A DNA stretch of 36,282 nucleotides from Hydrurus foetidus (taxonomy: Eukaryota): positions 1-36,282 of the forward strand of contig UYFQ01000308.1 of NCBI GenBank assembly GCA_900617105.1, written 5' to 3'. The notes beneath the pieces are model-generated. The model was not told the origin of the DNA and made no database searches. It worked only from the letters and a program-made list of their open reading frames with translations. The translations under genes and the position numbers were made by a program. Positions 21,627 through 31,030 of this stretch are shown here, piece by piece. Within the stretch, counting starts at the first letter, position 1. Every line of letters begins with the position of its first letter.

Positions 21627-22113
21627 AGATACTGGATTACCATTCAGCTGGAAAAATGTCTTCTACTTTACGCTCTCTGTAGAAGCATTAAACCTCTATA
21701 ATGACTCATTGACGTCTTCATTTTTGACATTCTCATTTTTGTGCTTTTATCAATCGTCCAAATTACATTTAAAAATCTTAAATTGATTTCTCACATCTTG
21801 CTGACTTGAACTAAATTATAGTAGAGCCATGAACTAGATTTTAAAGATACTCTTCTTTACCAGCGCTTCCTAGGGACTAACTGTGACAAAGTTTCATCAC
21901 TGAATCCAGGAAAATGATAGAGCTTAAAAAATTTACAACATTATGTTTAAGATGCAGTTCCATTGACAACATTTTCTGATTCGAACGGTTCTTCACATCT
22001 TCGCGGCGCTTCTACGATAGCGGGAAAGCATCAATACGGAAGAACTTCGGCTGGAGGAGACCGTATTTGCACTTTGATGACTATTTATAGAGATTTAGCT
22101 GGAAAAAAATAGA

Positions 22114-22443
22114 CTAGACGTTCCAGAATATTTGACCGATTCCTAATTCGGGGTGATATTTGATTGGTTTGGCCTCCGCTTTAGATGGCGCATTTCCCTC
22201 CAGTGGATTCACTATTGATGGTAAGACTGACGGTAAAGGCATGGGCTGATTTAAATCTAAGTCCGTGAAGGTCTTTTCTAGGCCGCAGTGTATATCGCAA
22301 CTATGTTGAATACAGGACATTGTATGAAATCCTTGTCTCTGCTTATGCTTCGGGTTCTTTTTACAGTATACAAACCTGACCTTCCCTCTTCTCACAACAT
22401 AACAGTGTTTGCAAATTGCTCTAATAGCCGATTTGACCTTCAT
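22114..22443 (-). CDS. rpl36: Ribosomal protein bL36 (probably mitochondrial) with C-terminal extension
   Basis: MKVKSAIRAICKHC...VYCKKNPKHKQRQG is the canonical bL36 Zn-ribbon. Confidence 0.93.
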   Translation of the reverse strand: MKVKSAIRAICKHCYVVRRGKVRFVYCKKNPKHKQRQGFHTMSCIQHSCDIHCGLEKTFTDLDLNQPMPLPSVLPSIVNPLEGNAPSKAEAKPIKYHPELGIGQIFWNV

Positions 22444-22701
22444 GTTTCAAATCGCGAGCTTCACTTTGGCCTACCGATCGTGGTCAGCAAAGATAATGAG
22501 ATTGGGTGTCGGAGGATAGTTAGACAGGAATATTGGTTACCGCCGTATTGTCTGCGGAGAGGAGAAAGTTGGTACTCCTCGAAGATCTGCCCAACTGTGG
22601 GACAGTGGAGAAAAGAGAAGAGTCATTTCTTCGTCGAGTGTTGACACCTGAGAGAGAGAGCTGGCGTGCTGCAGCTGCCTGTTGGAATGTACCCCACTTA
22701 A

Positions 22702-24713
22702 TAACTTTCACTTAATATCTCCAGCTTAATATTTTTCACTTAATATCTCCAGCTTAATATCTCCCGTCAAATAACTCTTATTTAGTATCTCCCTATCAAT
22801 ATCTTTTCTTTTAATATCTCCCATTTAATAACGTCTCTACCACCTACGTGGATTATTTTTGAAATTGTTTTGTTCAGAAATCTCAAATTCTTTTAGATGT
22901 AGATGTCACAGTAGATGTCAATGTAGATGTCACTGTAGATGTCACTGTAGATGTCACTGTAGATGTCACTGTAGATTTAGAAGCAGAGTAGATCGCAGAA
23001 CACGTCAATGTAGATGTAGATATCACTGTAGATGTAGATGTCACTTCAGATATCACTGTAGATGTCGATGTAGATGTCACTGTAGACGTCACTGTAGATG
23101 TCACTGTAGATGTAGATGTCAATGTGGATGTAGATGTTACTGTAGATGTAGATGTCACGGTAGATATCACTGTAGATGTCACTTCAGATATTGCTGTAGA
23201 TATCACTGCAGATTTAATTGTTGTTGTCTCCTTAGGTGTCACGGTAGATGTTGATTTAAATGTGGATGTTGATGTTACAGTAAATGTTTATGTCACTGTA
23301 GATCTCACTGTAGAAGTTACTGTAGATGTCACAGTAATTAGCTCTGCAGTATAAAGAATGATGTGAAACTGCTTTACAATATTGCTTTTAGTATTGCGTT
23401 AACGTTACAATGAATTTTACTCTTTTTTGGTTGAGAAGTGTTACAAACTTTCATGCACATTGTGATTGCAAGATTAAGTCAATGCGTTATTTACATTTTT
23501 TGGTTTTTATCATCCCATAACAAATCATAGTGAACCATGGATGAAATTGATGATGCTGATCTTGATTTCAGCACGCTTTCAAAAATAAAAACAATGCTCC
23601 GCTACAATGATAAGCTATTTAAGCGTGGCAAAATTGCCCGAAATCATGAAGGAGTAATTAACAACTGCTACTGGTATTGTGCTACCACAGCATGCAAAGC
23701 CTCCTTGAGGTATTCGATTAATACACTGCATCCGAACTTAGGCACCAATCATGATGGCTTAGGTCCGGGTATCGTAAATATTGTTTTTGCGAAAGATCAC
23801 AGTTATGACGTATGCAACGTTACACCAAACGATATATCGAAGCGTGTGGCTCGCACTGAGATAATTAATCAACCAGCAGCTGGTAAGTTGCTGCTTATTT
23901 TGAATGTTTAAGCTTGATCAAATTCTAGTGAGAATATCAATTGCTCTTGCAATTTAATTCGTTGGAGAACTCTTCAATGCAGCCCCTATGAAAGAGTGAT
24001 TAATCCCGTCTTTATGAACAACCCCGAGTTAGCTGGCGTAATGAGTACTGCCAATTCGCTAAAATCGGCGTACTCTAAATCGTAACAAATCAAATTTATG
24101 AACATGAAGTACATTATGATATACTTGAGTATGATCAACATATTCATATATGTGATGAAGATGGATGATCGATACGAAAATGTTGGACATGAATGCTAAT
24201 ATGATCATGAATACGAGGAATACTGATGTGTAGTGGACCTCGTCATTACCATCTACAATGGCATTGATATATACATCGACATTGTCATCAACAGTGACAT
24301 CTACAGTAACATCTACAGTGATGTCTACATTGAAATCTACAGAATAATCTACCGTGATATCTACATCGACATCTACATCTACAGTGACATCTGCAGTGAC
24401 ATCTATAGTGATATCTACATCTACAGTGACATCTTCAGTGACATCTTCTGTGATCTACTCTGACTTCTACAGTGACATCTACAGTGACATCTACAGTGAC
24501 ATCTACAGTGACATCTACTGTGACATCTACATCTAAAAGAATTTGAGATTTCTGAACAAAACAATTTCAAGAATAATCAACGTAGGTGGTAGAGACGTTA
24601 TTAAGTGGGAGATATTAAAAGAAAAGATATTGATAGGGAGATACTAAGTAAGAGTTATTTGACGGGAGATATTAAGTGAAAAATATTAAGCTGGAGATAT
24701 TAAGTGAAAGTTA
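22702..24713. mobile_element. Foldback/MULE-like element with long modular inverted repeats
   Basis: 22702-~22900 is the reverse complement of ~24530-24713. The arms continue inward as arrays of GATGTCACTGTA/GATGTA (to ~23340) mirrored by TACAGTGACATC arrays (from ~24240). No convincing TSD found. Confidence 0.8.
23537..23911 (+). pseudogene. FLYWCH/WRKY-like Zn-finger fragment, probable remnant of a MULE transposase N-terminus
   Basis: LRYNDKLF...YWYC-x4-CKASL...H-x4-C pattern; splice donor GTAAGT near 23883; no DDE domain follows. Confidence 0.55.
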
Positions 24714-25787
24714 AGAACTGAGACCGTACCGCCTGTTGATATAGACTCAAATATAAAGGACAACTATGAAAAGAGAATCAAACCTATTTCCGACGAATCG
24801 AAGACTTTAATGTGAGAATCAAGACTATCCCGGTGAATCGGCGACTTTTTAAAATTGTGGCCTAGAAGTGTCTTGCTTAGGGTTAGGTGCAATAGGGAAA
24901 CAACTGGCAAACGGCAGGAAATATCCTAATGCATGGCTAGAAGTCTACCTAGAAGCCTAGAAGTCTACGGAATTTAAGTGTACCCAGAGACCCCAGACGG
25001 CTATAGTAGGAGTTGATTGGGTAGCAAAACAGACATTTGAAACAGAGGCTGAAATGAGAGCCTAATGTGCTGAAAATTTGCTATCGTGAGGCCGCGCCAA
25101 TCATAACATTGGTAGACGCTTCACGTACTTGATACGTGCGCATGATGGTCGCAATGTCAAAATGAGTTTAATGAACAAGCTGCATGAAGAGCTGTGCGTT
25201 CTTGAAGCTGGCGATGATTCTGAACATCAGCACAAAGATTTCAAAATAGCACCCGAGAGAGGTCTGAGTAAGGAACAGAAGAGGATAACGCTTGAATGGT
25301 CTGCTAAAGACTGTGGTGATCCGTCCGATTGTCCGAGTCGGCCATGACCCTAGAAGTCGTTAAAGATGAGCATCTTTCTCCCACAAAGTGGATTTAGTTC
25401 TCGGTTCCGGTCACGATATTCTCGTCGAAGATGACATCTCCAAATCACAATCACAGACCACTACATTATATCAAAGCACACTCAAAACGAATCGCCAGGT
25501 AACCTCGAGCATACTGCTGTGACCGCGATAACGTCATTTGCTGAGATCTGAAAGGAATTGTTCTGAAAAATTCTGCTCTTAAATTCATCACCTCAGACAA
25601 CAAAAACGACATTCGGAGATGCGACGGTCTCAAATCTGTGCAAACGAGCCCAACAGGTGATCTTCAATCGATTTCTAAATCACGCAATCCACGGATAAAG
25701 ATGAATGAAACTAGAATCAACTCTGTCCGATTCTTATTCTGCAACCCAACTTTCTCAATTTTGCGCAGGCGCATCGCTAATCTCTTA

Positions 25788-26441
25788 ATGGATGAACTGA
25801 TAGAACTCTTTAGAAAACAAGTCAGCCTTCACGGAATAGAACAGTTTATTCCACTCTTAGTCCAAAATGTAGGAAATGATATCAGTTTGGTTGACAACTT
25901 GTCAGAGGCAGGGAGCGATGATGACATAAGTGAGCGAAGTCGGTGAGAACAACAGCGAAGATGATGTCAGTAGCATCGATGGCGATGCGTGCGGTTCTGA
26001 TGAAATTGAGTCAGATGAAGAGTCTGTTGGAGAAAATGTAGCTGGATTCTGGAACGACAATGATGTCATCCATATTCACGACCCACCTGTCTTTGGGAGC
26101 AGACACTGTCCACCTCTCGGATCGGTTGAAGAGACCATGCACGGCATCTGTGATTGCAGGGACTTCAGAATGAACGTATGTGCCAAAGAAGATGAGTTTC
26201 AATTCTTTGCGACAATCGATTTTGCTAACGAGATGAATGGAGTAACTAATTAAGTAGCTTCGCTCGATAGAATATCATCAAACTTGCATCGTAAGAGGCT
26301 ATATAAAATCTTGTTTCATGCCACTGATTATGGTATTTTAGAAAAAAAAAGAGACGCAGATTACCTAATTGTGCAGTTGCAAAGATACGACAAATCTATC
26401 CGTCACTTTCTGGTGACTACATGGGATTTAAAGAAAATTAG
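25788..26441 (+). pseudogene. Degraded gene with acidic tract and C-terminal P2X7-ballast-like domain
   Basis: Across a stop (26251) and two frameshifts it reads ...CDC...NLHRKRLYK...YG...RRRLPNCAVAKIRQIYPSLSGDYMGFKEN*. Confidence 0.6.
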
Positions 26442-26816
26442 TGTAGTGCGAGAAACTTAGTCTGTTTGAGCTAATCTATTTGTAAGACTAAATACAAGAT
26501 GTCACCTTCTAGCGTTCGCAGCGAAGGTGGAGAAGCAGCTGCAGGCTACTGTCTCAATTCAGTGAGCTATCGAGTAGACGAAGCTGTGAAGTACAACGTA
26601 TTAAATTCTGATTAGAGTTTACAGATAGCCACGCAAAAGAGCTATCAGAACAGTTCATGACAGTGAAACTACCTTGAGACAAAGTTCACAGCGAGATGTG
26701 TTGTTCATAGCATGTGCTTGAGGAACGTTGCATGAATGCTTATAGTAACGAAGTGTTTTGGCGATACTGAAGAATCATGAAAGGCGAACGTTCATTTGCG
26801 TGAGGTCAGAGGGTTC

Positions 26817-27345
26817 GTACTAACTGATACATGGCGATAGTACAGGGGTACGTATGCATGTATATGTATATGAACGTACATGCGTGAGTACTAACTGCTA
26901 TATGGCGATATTATAGAAGTACGTATGCATGTGTATGTATAAGAACGTACATGCGTAAGTACACTGGTACTTACGTATGTACGCCTATACATCTATGTAC
27001 TACGCTATTGGCGATCGTACATACGTACATATTACATATGTACATACATGTGTAAGTACGTGTGTGTACGTATGCATATAATAATTTGTACTAGCATGTG
27101 CACGTACGTATGTACGTGTTTGCGTGACCATACAAGTGTACGCTATGCTACATGCGTACGTACGTACGTACGTACGTACATATTGACTATGTACGTACAT
27201 GTGTAAGTACATGTGTGTACGTATGCATAAATGAGTATGCACTAACATGTGTAAGTACGTGTGTACGTGTGCATGTTATCATATCTGCATGTGTACTTAC
27301 GTATGTACGTGCCGCATAACGTACATGTATATATTTGTAACTATA
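26817..27345. repeat. Alternating purine-pyrimidine (TACG/TATG/CATA) low-complexity tract with internal duplications
   Basis: Directly visible; ~71 bp unit repeated at ~26817 and ~26888, and a longer duplication at ~27018 and ~27170. Confidence 0.85.
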
Positions 27346-27397
27346 TTTGCAACTATATTACTACAGACATATCTTGATAGAATCAAGTGGTCTGACA

Positions 27398-29007
27398 CTC
27401 CCCGTAGTGAAGATGTAGTGTAAAATAATGCATGTTTACTTATGAGCTACCTTTATAATATTAGAATTAACACAGTATATGTGTGATCAAGACAAATACA
27501 ATATTAAAACATGATTAGTATAGTGCTATTTAAAGATTTCGTCTCTGAGACTGGTCTATAATTTGATTTAGAAGTTTATTAAATATTGGTAGAGCAACTC
27601 TTTTTGTACCAATATCTGAATTATTATCGCACGATTTAACTTTAACAACTACGCAAGTACCATCAGCAACCTTCTCTTTGACCCAGTATTCGGTGAGGTC
27701 GAGGTGCCTTAGGTTGCGTGTCATGTGTGCTGCCTTAGAATGGTATATACAGGCTTGGTTGTCTTCTTCAATAGAGGTTGGACCTTGGACCCATCCCATC
27801 ATGTTTAAGATGCCTCTGTTGGCTATGACCTCTGCTTTGAGTGTGTGGTTGACAGCCTTAATTTCCGACTCTGACGTTGATGTTGATATGCTGCCTTGGT
27901 CGGTGGAACACCAGCAGATAATGTTACGGCCGAGGTATCCAAGGTATGCAGTCTGGGAGTGGCTATTGTCGGGATTACCACCCAAATCTGCATCGCATTG
28001 AAACCGGAGTTGAAGTAGCGTTGTCATAGTCTCGATGTCTCTGGGTCCATCGTGTCCATGGAACACTAGTCGATCACTTCGTGCGTACTTGCAGTACTGC
28101 AGTAAGTGTTTGAGGAATTTAATATGTCTGGGACCTGGGTTGTTACCATAGCGGGATAGTACATTGAGTGCATACAGAATGCCGACCATGGTATGTACCA
28201 TACCGTACATTAGTTGACCCACGACCCTCCTGTACGGGTACTTCATACACTGCATACGTTCCTCAGGGGTAGAAGCGTTGTCTAGTTTCGACAATGCAGG
28301 TTCTTGGTCCCCAGTCGGGTATGGTAAGTGCATGTCCTTTGCACCAGATATATTAGCCTCTTTTATTATTGAATCAATCATGCGATGTTGATTCATATAA
28401 TATGTGCCATCTCCATCACGCTGAATACGAATACCAACAAACTCCTTGTCAGTTGCATCAGTGACTTCATACTTGTGTGCATTGAAAGTGGCGATGATCA
28501 GATCCCATTCATCAAGTTTGTCCGAAGGACCAAACCATCTGAAGTCATCACTGTGAGCGATGATAAGCATGGGTCTACCATCTGTGGTCCATTTAAAGAA
28601 GAACTTGAGGTCCCAGGGTGTGTTCTTGTAACCACACTCGAAGATACAAATATCGAACTCTATGGAAAAGTTTTGCCCTGCAGGTGGGAATCCATAAAGA
28701 TTGCCGACAGCCTGAAAGCAGAAACCGGGTGGGCAAGTGTATCCCTGTGGTGCACCGGGAAGTAATGAGGTAAGCACCAATGAGGTCACCTCCTTTCATT
28801 ACTAGTCCATATGCTGCTGCAATGCTTAGTACCATCTTGATTGAACACGATGATACATTTCCGCAGTATACGGCGTCGGGGTCGAAGTCCACGAGTGGTA
28901 TCATCATATCTCCCCGTCCCACTAAACGGGCCTTTTTCGTACCGTCGGTTTTTATACTAAAAAGCCACATCATTGGTACCAGGTGTTGGTCAATATATGG
29001 TACTACA
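27398..29007 (-). mobile_element. Ty1/Copia retrotransposon 3' part (RT-RNase H, PPT), interrupted at 29007 by the Gypsy element
   Basis: Motifs WLFSIK...KKARLVGRG, DLIGAYL, LYG, HSDD, YRRVVGQLMY, CDAD, SESE, EDNQAC and SDIGTK; frameshift near 28760; stop at 27530. PPT GGGGAG then TGTCA at 27397 is the likely 3' LTR start; its far end was not located. Confidence 0.9.
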
Positions 29008-29347
29008 TGTAAACATTATGCTGTGTCACGGTTTCAGCAACTGGCTGAAGACGAAGCTTTGAATTTCAAGTTGGGCAAATGGGCACAACAGGTTGGCTTG
29101 TCAGTCAAATGGGACTGATCAAGGAGATTGGCTGACTCAATTGAGTCAAAGTCGGTTTGGGTGGTTTAATAACGGTAGTTAATTAAGGTGTGAAAGGAGT
29201 GCGAGATTAGCGCTAAACGAGCACACTGCAACTTGAAGTTGTAGAACAATCAGAAATTGAAAACTGGTTCGAAAACTAGTGGTTACAAGCAAAGTTCAAT
29301 GTGGCTGTACGTACGAGTGAGTAATATATATAGTGGAGACTATAACA
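29008..29347 (-). repeat. Putative 3' LTR (340 bp) of the Gypsy element
   Basis: Starts TGTTA directly after the PPT and ends TTTACA exactly where the Copia RT frame (VVPYIDQHLVPMMW) resumes. The partner LTR is not in the window. Confidence 0.75.
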
Positions 29348-29694
29348 CCACCCCTTTCCGGATGAAAAGTGTGATTTGGGTTGTAAATTAATTAATACAA
29401 AGTCATTACTACATCTCTGTGAGTTCGTTTATGAAATTGTATCGCTATGAGAGCTAAGTTTAAAGCATGTTGTCGATGAAAGTAGGCGGGGTTCGAACCC
29501 TCGAAATTTACAGAGGCATACTTCAAAAAAATTCATGCCGCTTTTCAGGGCGGGGCAAAAAACGTGACGTGGCTGCAAAATGGTAACTTTTTTTTTCTCG
29601 AAATGAAAAATCTCTCGACGCGAAATTTTAAACTGCGGAGCATGCAGGACATATTGAAGTTGGAACATAACTAGGATAAGTACAATATAACAAA

Positions 29695-30369
29695 ATGTCA
29701 AGTGAATTTGCGACATCAAAACGATTGTGTCTGGTGGCAGCTATGGTGCTACCTTTGGTGCCAAAGCGCCAGGCTTGGATGAGGATGGGAATGGATGCTG
29801 GAGATGTTTTTAAAGCGTCTTTAGGAACAAACGTTTCCCAGGAAGTTGGAAAGAAGAAGCTGTCGAAGGAACAGCTAGTTGCCAAGAAGATTTATGATGG
29901 TTCCTACGCTGAAGATGCCATTCATTACTTGCAGCATATTTGTAGAGAGAACAAGAAGCTTGGAGTCAAGTTGAAATACGAGTTTAGGAGGGTTGCTGGG
30001 AGAAATGGAATTTCGAGGCGATGGACCGCGAAGTCACTTCTGAGTACTGTTGTTGGTAGGAAGGGCATTTACATCATCTTTGGGAAGTGCAAATGGAACA
30101 ACGCCATTCATGCAGCACTGATGAAGAGGATGCGCAGTGCAAAGTGCGTTGGTGAAGAGCTGGAGATTTATAGTAAAGTGGCGAAGGGAAATACCAAAAA
30201 GGATCATGCTGTCAGTATTCGCAGTGATAATAATGGCGTAAGATTATTCGATAATGCGTGCGTTAATGAATCTGTTGAATTTAGTGTCACCAATCTGGCT
30301 AATAAAATGATCGATGTGTCATACTGTTATTATTATGATATTTATGAGAAGGGTAAAAAATCAAGATAA
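29695..30369 (+). CDS. Antisense accessory ORF inside the Gypsy element, putative papain-like (Cys-His-Asp) fold
   Basis: Intact 224 aa ORF between chromodomain and PPT, with LCLVAA, GIYIIFG, DHAVSI and LFDN in papain-like order. Confidence 0.55.
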   Translation: MSSEFATSKRLCLVAAMVLPLVPKRQAWMRMGMDAGDVFKASLGTNVSQEVGKKKLSKEQLVAKKIYDGSYAEDAIHYLQHICRENKKLGVKLKYEFRRVAGRNGISRRWTAKSLLSTVVGRKGIYIIFGKCKWNNAIHAALMKRMRSAKCVGEELEIYSKVAKGNTKKDHAVSIRSDNNGVRLFDNACVNESVEFSVTNLANKMIDVSYCYYYDIYEKGKKSR

Positions 30370-31030
30370 TTAATTGAAGATTTTTTGTAGGGGGCAGACC
30401 CACTTTATTTCTTGCTCACATAGTAGCCTCGTGCTATGCTTAAAATTGATAAAGAGAAATATGGTGTGGGCGAGCCTCAGACGCTAGGATTTTGCTCAGA
30501 GATCTCATCGATGGGTAAGTATAAGGTAAGATTTTTGGTGTTGTAAAATATATTTAATTAATTATCTTATGTATGATTAATGTTTCTTAATATTTTACTT
30601 AATATTATTTTTACTTATTACATAATTAGTGTTTATAAATAGAATGCTAGCAGTAAAATAGAACTTTAGAATTATTTTGAAATGCATAATTATTGATTTA
30701 GAAATAGTAAAATGTATTTCTTATTTTAATGTATGTGGTAAAATTATTGTTTAAATTATACAGTTGTTTTGACACCTACAATTATTGTGTTATTTGTGTA
30801 AATATTGTTTTACATTTAATTAATAATTTTATGACGTGTATAATTATTATTTGATATGTGTAATCTTTGATAATTATTTTTAGACATGCATCAATATTTG
30901 TAGATAGAACACATGTAGAATAATTATTCATTGTTGTGTTTTATGCATTTTTTTTTTTTTTTGTGTATGTAATTATATAGAATTGGTGTATGAAAGGCTA
31001 TTGTTATGCATGTCATTTGCGTGTAAATAC

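Noticed and set aside
22114..22330. C-terminal extension on bL36 as a novelty
   Set aside because: Similar extensions after KQRQG occur in plant nuclear-encoded mitochondrial bL36.
22859..24536. Cys/Arg-, Ser/Thr- and Asp/Ile-rich ORFs and CRISPR-like periodicity
   Set aside because: Translations of 12/6 bp satellite arrays in the Foldback arms; no unique spacers, eukaryotic context.
24719..25632. 9 bp inverted match TGAGACCGT/ACGGTCTCA as possible TIRs
   Set aside because: Too short and no flanking TSD.
27000..27248. His/Tyr/Thr-rich 82 aa ORF
   Set aside because: Product of the purine-pyrimidine low-complexity tract.
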